From Bdellovibrionales bacterium (GTDB taxonomy: Bacteria; Bdellovibrionota; Bdellovibrionia; Bdellovibrionales; UBA1609): DNA of 32,000 nt. The DNA is taken from NCBI GenBank assembly GCA_963692945.1, contig OY843585.1, positions 900,001 to 932,000 on the forward strand. Direction: 5' to 3'. Under the pieces are notes generated by a model. The model searched no databases and had not been told where the DNA came from. It saw only the letters and a program-made list of their open reading frames with translations. The position numbers and the translations under genes were made by a program. Below are positions 17,387-24,821 of the stretch, one piece after another; the first letter of the stretch is position 1; every line of letters starts with the position of its first letter.

Positions 17387-17758
17387 TGTTTGTGAAAACC
17401 AGTAGGTTTTCTCTAGTTTTAAATCTTTTATTTTCACGAGATTTGAAGAACAAAACCCTTCATGCGAAAAACAGAAGTTTTTCTCTATGAAACTCTACTT
17501 ATTTTCTGAACTTGAAGAGTGTCCCTCTTACGATGAAAGGTCAGAAAAGTAATGAAGCGAAAAACAGAAGTTTTTATCTAGATCAAATATAAGTCTATTA
17601 AACAACTCTTACTTTAACGAGATTTGAAGAGCAAAACTCTATATGCAAAAACCGTATGCGAAAAACAGAAGTTTTTCTCTATGAAACTCTACTTATTTTC
17701 TGAACTTGAAGAGTGTCCCTCTTACGATGAAAGGTCAGAAAATAAGTAGAGTAACACT
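17387..17758. repeat. structured short-repeat block B (parallels block A)
   Basis: Hairpins GAAAACC-AGTA-GGTTTTC at 17393-17410 and GAAAAAC-AGAA-GTTTTTC at 17465-17482, 17558-17574 and 17659-17676. Core modules lie at about 17503-17545 and 17697-17739. Roughly 17443-17550 is repeated at 17622-17745. Confidence 0.75.
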
Positions 17759-17761
17759 AGA

Positions 17762-17955
17762 GTTTTGTAAATGGCGGAGAGAGGGGGATTCGCCTACTAC
17801 ATTCGTTCGCATCCAGCTCACTCATTGCGTAGGCTCACCTCAGTCACTAAGAAAAACATCCTGTTTTTCTTCCCTGTATCACTTACTCCTAAAGTCGCAA
17901 GTGATTTGCTCCTAAAGTCGCAAGTAACACAGGTCGTTCCTTCGTTTCGAATCCT
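17762..17955. repeat. tRNA-Ser-3'-end-containing repeat unit, copy 1 (att-like scar)
   Basis: It carries a 21-nt perfect copy (17772-17792, TGGCGGAGAGAGGGGGATTCG) of the tRNA-Ser gene's T-loop-to-CCA end, then about 170 bp shared with copy 2. There is an internal duplication of CTCCTAAAGTCGCAAGT. Confidence 0.75.
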
Positions 17956-18045
17956 GCACCAACTCATTCAACAAACAAGGCTAGAGAGAACAAAAAACAG
18001 CAAAGTTAAAACTTTACTTTTTTTGTTCTTATAGGTTTTGATTGT

Positions 18046-18216
18046 GTTTTGTAAATGGCGGAGAGAGGGGGATTCGCCTACTACATTCGTTCGCATCCAG
18101 CTCACTCATTGCGTAGGCTCACCTCAGTCACTAAGAAAAACATCCTGTTTTTCTTCCCTGTATCACCTGCTCCTAAAGTCGCAAGTAACACAGGTCGTTC
18201 CTTCGTTTCGAATCCT
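18046..18216. repeat. tRNA-Ser-3'-end-containing repeat unit, copy 2 (att-like scar)
   Basis: The 21-nt tRNA-Ser 3' fragment lies at 18056-18076. The following sequence is near-identical to copy 1, including hairpin AAGAAAAACA-TCC-TGTTTTTCTT (18133-18155) and the GCCTAC...GTAGGC inverted repeat. Confidence 0.75.
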
Positions 18217-18314
18217 CAACCTCTACCTATTTAAAGCAGTAATAAATTAAAAAAATAGAAAGCATTCGCTTCCCCTTTTTTTAATTTAGTAAATATTTAT
18301 TTTTCCGTTTAAAA

Positions 18315-18404
18315 TGGCGGAGAGAGGGGGATTCGAACCCCCGAGACGGGTTACCGCCTATACGCTTTCCAAGCGCACGCCTTCAGCCACTCGGCCACCT
18401 CTCC
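18315..18404 (-). tRNA. tRNA-Ser (anticodon GGA), CCA encoded
   Basis: The reverse complement folds as GGAGAGG-TG-GCC..GGC, anticodon arm TGCGC-TTGGAAA-GCGTA, a long variable arm (class II), T arm GGGGG-TTCGAAT-CCCCC, acceptor TCTCTCC, then discriminator G and CCA. Length is 90 nt. Confidence 0.92.
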
Positions 18405-18476
18405 CTTTTGATTTTCTACAATAAAGCGTCCTTTTTTCAAAATCTCCTCTTTTATAAAAATCTACTAAACAATTTT

Positions 18477-19148
18477 TTACAATAAAGGGCAATACTCTTT
18501 TTGAGCCTGAACTTGGACAATCTCTCTTTGAGGAAGCAATAACCCTGATAATTGTTTTCCATAAACACAGCCTGAATCTAAACCAATCGTTTGATTTCTA
18601 ATATTTAAACCTTTTAAAGCCCAATGACCATAAACCACAAGTTTTTCATTTTTATAGAAGTCATACCAAGGGGGATTGTTTTTATCTGTAATATCTTTTC
18701 CTACCCCATCCCAAGTTCTTATATACATTAAAAACAAAGGGTCTGTATCTTTTGGATGCTTGTTAGGGATTAAACCTCCATGGACAACAAGAAAATCTTG
18801 TTCTTCAATATAGAAAGGCCAAGTTTCCATCCAGTTTATCCACTCTTTTATTTTTGCTCCCATTTCTTGTTTAAGTTGTTCAAGAGGAGGTCTCATTTTA
18901 TGATTTTTTTTGACAGAATTAAGAAAATGATTTTCATGATTGCCTCGAACAATTTCTACACCTTCTTTTTTAACCCATTCTAACATTTTCAAAGAGTAGG
19001 GGCCTCGGTTGATAACATCTCCTACAAGGATAAGCCTATGGCTTGATTTATGATAATTAACTTTTTTAAGGAGTTCTAAAAATTCAAAGTAACAACCATG
19101 AACATCACCAACTATAAAGACTTGTTTAGAATCTGTAGATTGTTTCAT
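18477..19148 (-). CDS. PPP-family metallophosphoesterase (ApaH / PrpA-like phosphatase)
   Basis: Motifs GDVHGC, GDVINRGP, GNHE, VVHGG and GHW, in the canonical calcineurin-like order. Size is 223 aa. Confidence 0.75.
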   Translation of the reverse strand: MKQSTDSKQVFIVGDVHGCYFEFLELLKKVNYHKSSHRLILVGDVINRGPYSLKMLEWVKKEGVEIVRGNHENHFLNSVKKNHKMRPPLEQLKQEMGAKIKEWINWMETWPFYIEEQDFLVVHGGLIPNKHPKDTDPLFLMYIRTWDGVGKDITDKNNPPWYDFYKNEKLVVYGHWALKGLNIRNQTIGLDSGCVYGKQLSGLLLPQREIVQVQAQKEYCPLL

Positions 19149-19315
19149 TCTACTCTCATCTTAGAATTATAATGAGTTTTAGAAAAGAGAATTTTTTAAT
19201 CCATTGAATTGTAAATAAATTGTTTTATAAAAAATTTTGGCAAGAGTTTATGAATAACGAAAAATATCAAGCTTTCACATGATAAGCCTTGTTTTTTAGT
19301 TATTTGAATAAAAAA

Positions 19316-20137
19316 TTAGAAAGAATAAGAAAGGGATAGATTGATATCAAAATTATCAGAATACTTACCATTAGAGCTATACATAGCAGGGCTTATTCTG
19401 TAAGTAAACCCCAAATCAGTCGCCAAGCGTTCTGGTAGAATCCACGCTTTCAGCCCCGCATTGGCATAAATTGCGTTAAGCCATGTTCCTTTCTTAGGAA
19501 CGTTCATATCAGAATCACTTTCTTTTTCTTTTATTATAGAATCAGTTTCTTTTATTGTAGAATCAGTTTTTGTGTTCTTTTTTGGTTCAATAAAACAATC
19601 TTTATAGTACTGTATGTCTTTTACATCTGTCATACATTGAAGAGTTCTAGTAGATAAAGAAGCATAGGGCTCAAACCTACCTTTTTTATAACTTACAAGT
19701 AGAGATGCTTGTAGAGAAAAAGAATTATGATCTTCACCTTCTCCACGGAGATTTTTAAGAAAATTATAAGATAAGGTTCCAGCTTCTCCAGAAATAGAAA
19801 TAAAATACTCAGCCTCATCTTTAAGTTTTTTGTTTATGAAGTTATACTTTCCATACAACCCTAAAAACTCATTATAATAACTATACAAACCGAGACTCAT
19901 ATATTTAAACCCAATCTCTGTATTATCATGCAGTCCGTAACTATAAGTTAATGTATCCGTAAGTAATTCTAATGATGAAGATAATTGAAATTGTAATCTA
20001 TGTTTAGATTTTTTTAGAGTATAAGCTGTTCCCTGACTAACCATCGCTGGTGGAGTCTGAATGAGATAACGAGGTCCAGTGAAAACCATTGTCATCATAA
20101 AAAATGGAGCTAGTCCCAATTGTAGTAAATTTATCAT
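19316..20137 (-). CDS. putative outer-membrane beta-barrel protein
   Basis: Alternating hydrophobic and aromatic strands, and a C-terminal beta-signal-like ending LSLSYSF (terminal Phe). I recognise no family, and the start codon is uncertain. Confidence 0.45.
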   Translation of the reverse strand: MINLLQLGLAPFFMMTMVFTGPRYLIQTPPAMVSQGTAYTLKKSKHRLQFQLSSSLELLTDTLTYSYGLHDNTEIGFKYMSLGLYSYYNEFLGLYGKYNFINKKLKDEAEYFISISGEAGTLSYNFLKNLRGEGEDHNSFSLQASLLVSYKKGRFEPYASLSTRTLQCMTDVKDIQYYKDCFIEPKKNTKTDSTIKETDSIIKEKESDSDMNVPKKGTWLNAIYANAGLKAWILPERLATDLGFTYRISPAMYSSNGKYSDNFDINLSLSYSF

Positions 20138-20256
20138 TTTTACCGACCTTTCTTTTATTTAGATTATGTCATAGTGGATTATTTTTTTTGAGATAGCAAT
20201 AAAATATTAGAAAATAGTATTTTATATGCTGTCTATAATGAAATATCTTAAAATGG

Positions 20257-20360
20257 TGTTCTTAAATCTGGGTGAGATATATTCATATAAGATCTTGAAA
20301 AATTCAAGTGTTCTTAAAGGTGGGTGAGATATATTCATATAAGGTCTTGAAAAATTCAAG
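20257..20360. repeat. 2 x 52-bp tandem direct repeat, each unit carrying the palindrome CTTGAA-AAA-TTCAAG
   Basis: Unit 1 spans 20257-20308 and unit 2 spans 20309-20360, differing at a few positions. Palindromes lie at 20294-20308 and 20346-20360. The array ends 21 nt before the ptrB ATG. Confidence 0.8.
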
Positions 20361-20381
20361 TATTCCTATTAGTAAGAGTTT

Positions 20382-22448
20382 ATGGATAAAACAGATCAAA
20401 TTCCTAAAGCCTCTAAAATAAATCACACTCATGAAAAGTTTGGAGATAAAAGAGCGGACTCCTATTATTGGTTACGAAAAAAAGACACTAAAGAAGTTCT
20501 CAACTATCTTGAAGAAGAAAATAAATACACTCATCATACTTTAAAGCCGTTAGAAAGTTTAAAAAATAAACTTTTTAAAGAGATGAAATCTCGTATTCCA
20601 GCCAATTACAATACAGAGCCAGTCTCTTATGGGAAATACAAATATTACACTTCTTGGGTCAAAGGAAAAGATTATGCTATCCATAAAAGAATCTATAAAG
20701 AGACTCAGAAAGAAGAAATGATCTTAGATGAGAATCTTGTTGCAGAAAAATCTAAATACTGTGACATAGGAAATATAGAAGTTTCTAATAATCATAACAT
20801 TTTAGCTTACTCTATAGATAACAAAGGAAGAGAGATTTATGATATTTATTTTAAAGATTTAAAAACAGGTAAAAAGTTAAAATATTTTATATCAGGAGTT
20901 ACTTCTGATTTTATTTGGGGTAATGATAATCAAACTTTTTTTTATGTTCAACAAGATTTACAAACTTTGCGGAGTTTTCAAGTTTATCGTTTTAATATTT
21001 TAAATGGTCAAAAAGATCTTATTTATGAAGAGACAGACACTCAATTTTCAGTGATTTTAAATAAAACTCTTTCTGAAGCATTTATTGTTATCGTAAGTGC
21101 CAGTTCTGAAACTTCGGAATGTTTTTATTTACCTGCAGACAAACCGAGAGAGGATATTCGTCTCTTTGCTAAGAGGGAAGAAAAGCATGAGTATCATATT
21201 AATTATGGAGATGGAGATTTCTACATTTTAACTAATAAAGACTCTGCTTTTAACTTCAAACTTATGAAGGTTCGCTTTGAAGAAAAACAAATGGGATATT
21301 CATCTGAAACTTGGGAAGAACTTGTTCCTCATAGAGAAGATGTTTTTATTGAAGACTATGAAGTTTTTGAGAAATTTATAGTGTTAGAAGTTAGGAGTAA
21401 AGGTCGTCAAGAATTAGAGATTTTAGATAGAGAGACAGGGAAAATACATAATGTTGTTTTTAATGAAGAGATTTACTCTTCCGAATTAGGTAGTAACTAT
21501 GAGTATTTTACAGATTTTTTGAGAATAAGTTACAATTCTTTTATTCAACCTGAGATCATTTATGATTATGATGTTAAAAAAAAGAAACTTCATTTTAAAA
21601 GACAAATCCCTGTTGAAGGGGAATTTAAATCCGAGAACTATATTTCTAAAAGAGAATTTGTAAAGGCTAGAGATGGAACTCTTGTCCCTTTATCTCTTGT
21701 TTATAAAAAAGATTTAAAAATTTCAAAATCAACACCTGTTCTTCTTTATGGTTATGGTTCCTATGGGATAAGTATAGACCCTGCTTTTAGTTCTTCTATC
21801 TTTTCATTGCTTGATAGAGGATTTATTTATGCTGTAGCTCATGTTCGTGGTGGGGCTGAATTAGGGAAAAAATGGTATGAAAATGGTAAAGGTTTAAAAA
21901 AGAAGAATACTTTTTATGATTTTATAGATAGTGCTGAGTTTTTAATTGATCACTCTTACACTTCTTCAGAACATCTTTATATCATGGGAGGCAGTGCTGG
22001 TGGTCTTTTAATGGGTGTTGTTTTAAATGAAAGACCTGATCTTTTTAAAGGGGCTATAGCTTCTGTACCCTTTGTGGATGTTTTAACGACGGTTTTAGAT
22101 GAAAGCATACCTTTAACTACAGGAGAGTATGAGGAGTGGGGAAATCCTAATGAGAAAGTTTGTTATGATTATATCAAATCTTATTCTCCCTACGATAATG
22201 TTCAAAGAGCAAAATATCCTCATTTACTTATAGACACAGGTTATCATGACCCTAGGGTTCAATATTGGGAACCAGTCAAGTGGACGGCTAAATTGAGAAA
22301 TTACAAAACAGATGATAAATTACTTTTGTTATTAACTTATATGGGAACAGGTCATTTTGGAGATACGGGTCGTTTTGGTCGTCTAAAACTTGTTGCTCTC
22401 TACTATTCTTTCTTTCTGGGTTTAGAACAAAATATTTGGAAAAAATAG
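20382..22448 (+). CDS. ptrB: oligopeptidase B (S9A prolyl oligopeptidase family)
   Basis: The N-terminus DSYYWLRKKDTKEVLNYLEEENKYT matches the PtrB pattern. The nucleophile elbow is GGSAGGLL, followed by a C-terminal alpha/beta-hydrolase region with D and H (GTGHFG). Size is 688 aa. Confidence 0.85.
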   Translation: MDKTDQIPKASKINHTHEKFGDKRADSYYWLRKKDTKEVLNYLEEENKYTHHTLKPLESLKNKLFKEMKSRIPANYNTEPVSYGKYKYYTSWVKGKDYAIHKRIYKETQKEEMILDENLVAEKSKYCDIGNIEVSNNHNILAYSIDNKGREIYDIYFKDLKTGKKLKYFISGVTSDFIWGNDNQTFFYVQQDLQTLRSFQVYRFNILNGQKDLIYEETDTQFSVILNKTLSEAFIVIVSASSETSECFYLPADKPREDIRLFAKREEKHEYHINYGDGDFYILTNKDSAFNFKLMKVRFEEKQMGYSSETWEELVPHREDVFIEDYEVFEKFIVLEVRSKGRQELEILDRETGKIHNVVFNEEIYSSELGSNYEYFTDFLRISYNSFIQPEIIYDYDVKKKKLHFKRQIPVEGEFKSENYISKREFVKARDGTLVPLSLVYKKDLKISKSTPVLLYGYGSYGISIDPAFSSSIFSLLDRGFIYAVAHVRGGAELGKKWYENGKGLKKKNTFYDFIDSAEFLIDHSYTSSEHLYIMGGSAGGLLMGVVLNERPDLFKGAIASVPFVDVLTTVLDESIPLTTGEYEEWGNPNEKVCYDYIKSYSPYDNVQRAKYPHLLIDTGYHDPRVQYWEPVKWTAKLRNYKTDDKLLLLLTYMGTGHFGDTGRFGRLKLVALYYSFFLGLEQNIWKK

Positions 22449-22664
22449 AGCGTTCATAAGACTAAAACACTGAAAAAAATACATTTTTAAGGTATCTTCC
22501 ATCAATTCAAAGATTTTTTTGATGAAGTGCTTCAAAAGTGGCTTTTTATGAGTGTTTTGTCTATTTTTAATGGCTTTTTGAGGCTATTTTGGAAGAATTT
22601 AAAAAAAAGTTTAAAAATATGAAAACTCTCTAAAATAGGATTGATTTTAATGAATTCAGCTAGA

Positions 22665-22692
22665 TTGACAGAATCACTTACTGGATTAAAAA
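22665..22692 (+). promoter_or_regulatory. candidate sigma70-type promoter (TTGACA, 16 nt, TAAAAA)
   Basis: A perfect -35 hexamer at 22665-22670 and an A/T-rich -10 candidate at 22687-22692, about 70 nt upstream of the ATG at 22763. In AT-rich DNA this could be a chance match. Confidence 0.3.
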
Positions 22693-22762
22693 TTATCCGA
22701 AAAGCTTGATAGGAGTTATTTTTCTTGATATTCAGGATTGTCTCTTAAATTATAAGGTTTGT

Positions 22763-23551
22763 ATGAAATATAAAGTTATTCTTTTTTGTCTGTGTTTATC
22801 CAATTTATCCATGGCTAAAACAGCTGTTGTGGATTCAAAATCTGGCCAACCTTTAAGTGATAGTTCTTTATTGAGGACGATCAATAATCAAAATACTTTA
22901 GAGACTTCAATTGTTAACCCGAGTCATTCTTCTTTTGGTTCTTCTATGCTAGAGATTGGTTTTGAATATCCTCTTAATTTTGGAACACATGTAAAATATT
23001 ATGTAAGTGAAAATTTTTATAGCCGGCTTGGAGTTGGTTTTATGGCAGAGTTTTTTTTAGGATCGTTTGCTAAGTTGATGCCTTACTTTGGTTATTTAAA
23101 TAATCATGAAACTTCTCTTATATCTGAGATTTTTAAAAATTCTTTTTATACAGATTTGAGACTGGGTTGGTTTCCCTATGCTCAAAGTGCTAAGGGTGGA
23201 CCTTATGTAGAACTAGGTGTATCAGGTATGTTTTTGGGTCGCGGAAAGGTTTCTGGGTTTACCTTGTCTAAATCTTTAAACTTAGAAGATTTGGATAGTA
23301 CAGGGTATTATTCTTTAAAAACAAATGCTTACAATGGAACTTTTCATATTGGTTATCAAGTTCCTTTTGAACGTTTGAAAATAAATATTGAAGTTGGAAT
23401 TATTAAGATACTTCATACTCAGTTAAAGCCCTTTGATTCAATAGACACTAAACAATTGAATGTAGCACAGAAAGAAAAATTTCAAAATTTTCTAAAAGAA
23501 AAAGGTTGGATTTTTCCAACAATATCTGGTTGGATCGGGTTCTCTTTTTAA
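22763..23551 (+). CDS. putative small outer-membrane beta-barrel protein
   Basis: I prefer the start at MKYKVILFCLCLSNLSMA|K (signal peptide, AAGG upstream) over the TTG at 22706. The C-terminal beta-signal is GWIGFSF. Confidence 0.5.
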   Translation: MKYKVILFCLCLSNLSMAKTAVVDSKSGQPLSDSSLLRTINNQNTLETSIVNPSHSSFGSSMLEIGFEYPLNFGTHVKYYVSENFYSRLGVGFMAEFFLGSFAKLMPYFGYLNNHETSLISEIFKNSFYTDLRLGWFPYAQSAKGGPYVELGVSGMFLGRGKVSGFTLSKSLNLEDLDSTGYYSLKTNAYNGTFHIGYQVPFERLKINIEVGIIKILHTQLKPFDSIDTKQLNVAQKEKFQNFLKEKGWIFPTISGWIGFSF

Positions 23552-23570
23552 GTCTTAATAAAAATAATTT

Positions 23571-24770
23571 TTATAAATTTAGTATTTGATTTTTCATAAT
23601 AAGATAATCTTTTATTTTTTGATTTTCTTTGCTGGGAAATTGGAAGTTTTTAACGGAAAAGGGTTTGTTCTTTGAACTCACAATGATAGTTGTATTGTTG
23701 TTAAAAAGAGAGCCTATATACTTAAGTAAGGATTGCTCTGGAGGGGCTTGAAACAACTTTGTTTTAAAATACTCTTCTGAAACAATAAAACGTAAAGGCT
23801 TATTTGTGTAAAGGCTTAAGAGATTTTTTAAAGATTCTAAAGTGGGTTTTTGTTGAATTAAAAGATAAGAATTTTGTTTGCAGATTTCTTTAATTTGTTT
23901 TGTTAACAAAGAAGGTTGCTTAGTAGATTCTATTTCAGACATGACACAGATAAAGAGATGTTGTTTTGTTATTTTTTTTAACTGAGCTGATTTTTGTATT
24001 TGTTGAATAAAATTTTTATTTCCAAAAATAAGAACTACTGATTTTTCAAAGATAGTATCTCCAATAAATGGACTTTGCATAAGTGGTGAGAAGAAAGCCA
24101 GTTGAGAAAGATTTTGTTCTAAAAGCATTCTATTCATTAAAACATTTGGAAAATTTTTAAGAGAGCTTCCTGAACAACTTATACTATTGATTTCAATACG
24201 AGAGGAGTGTAGATTTTCTATAAGAGAAGAAATAAATTTCTTTGGATATTTATGGTAATGAAAACAAGCATAAATAAGATTAACTCCTAAAATACCTAAA
24301 GATTCATGTTGTTGCAATCTTGTCTTATCTAAGCAATTCACATGAAAGATAATCTCATTAAAAGGTGCTGAGGCTTTGGTTTGAAATCTTAACCCCATCC
24401 AAGCATGGTGAGAGTTTAAAGATGGCCCTCCTTTTTTATTAAAGCTTGTGACAGCAGTTGTAGCAAAAGCAAAAAATTTTGTTTTATCCCCCTTTGTTTT
24501 TTTTAGTCTTTTTTCTAAAAGTTTATATTCATGGTGAAGCATAGTTAGGAGACGATCTTTGCAGACATAGCGATTTTGTTTGCCATAGATTTCATCACTA
24601 AAAGTCATATCATAGGCAGACATGCTTTTGGCTATAGTTTGGGAGGCTAACCCAGCTTTGAAGAAATAATTAACGGTCTCTTGGCCAGCACCAATCTCTG
24701 CAAAAGAACCATAGATAGAGAGGTCTTTATTTATTTCAAAAGATTTTCCAATAGTTGTTTGTGAATTCAT
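23571..24770 (-). CDS. hypothetical protein (conserved-looking N-terminus, function unknown)
   Basis: 399-aa ORF with no signal peptide. The N-terminal block is IYGSFAEIGAGQETVNYFFKAGLASQTIAKSMSAYDMTFSDEIYG. I cannot assign it to a named family. Confidence 0.5.
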   Translation of the reverse strand: MNSQTTIGKSFEINKDLSIYGSFAEIGAGQETVNYFFKAGLASQTIAKSMSAYDMTFSDEIYGKQNRYVCKDRLLTMLHHEYKLLEKRLKKTKGDKTKFFAFATTAVTSFNKKGGPSLNSHHAWMGLRFQTKASAPFNEIIFHVNCLDKTRLQQHESLGILGVNLIYACFHYHKYPKKFISSLIENLHSSRIEINSISCSGSSLKNFPNVLMNRMLLEQNLSQLAFFSPLMQSPFIGDTIFEKSVVLIFGNKNFIQQIQKSAQLKKITKQHLFICVMSEIESTKQPSLLTKQIKEICKQNSYLLIQQKPTLESLKNLLSLYTNKPLRFIVSEEYFKTKLFQAPPEQSLLKYIGSLFNNNTTIIVSSKNKPFSVKNFQFPSKENQKIKDYLIMKNQILNL

Positions 24771-24821
24771 ACAGTATTTATCCTATAAAGTTTCTAGGAA
24801 GACAACCAACATTTTTTTAAT

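Noticed and set aside
14590-17758. CRISPR array interpretation of the repeat blocks
   Set aside because: The repeats are irregularly spaced, of several types and lengths, with no uniform repeat-spacer periodicity. No cas genes are present.
17772-18216. Possibility that the ~170-190-bp units are tmRNA (ssrA) genes or fragments on the minus strand
   Set aside because: The reverse complement has superficial similarities: GGATTCGAAAC near one end, GCGAATGTAGTA, and an ..CTCTCCGCCA end. But the 5' half of the T stem is missing, and the 5' end (GGTAGAGG) does not pair properly with the 3' acceptor strand. The discriminator and acceptor are those of tRNA-Ser, not Ala. No tag ORF is evident.
17706-18250. 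ORFs 17706-17915, 17771-18034 and 18038-18250 as protein genes
   Set aside because: They lie on the duplicated tRNA-Ser-fragment units and include tRNA-derived sequence. They overlap one another in different frames, which suggests repeat-derived open frames rather than genes.
19268-19300. Possible + strand hairpin followed by a T-run (CAAGC..GCCTTG TTTTTT) as a terminator
   Set aside because: The stem is imperfect, and no + strand gene lies upstream for it to terminate. It lies between two minus-strand genes.
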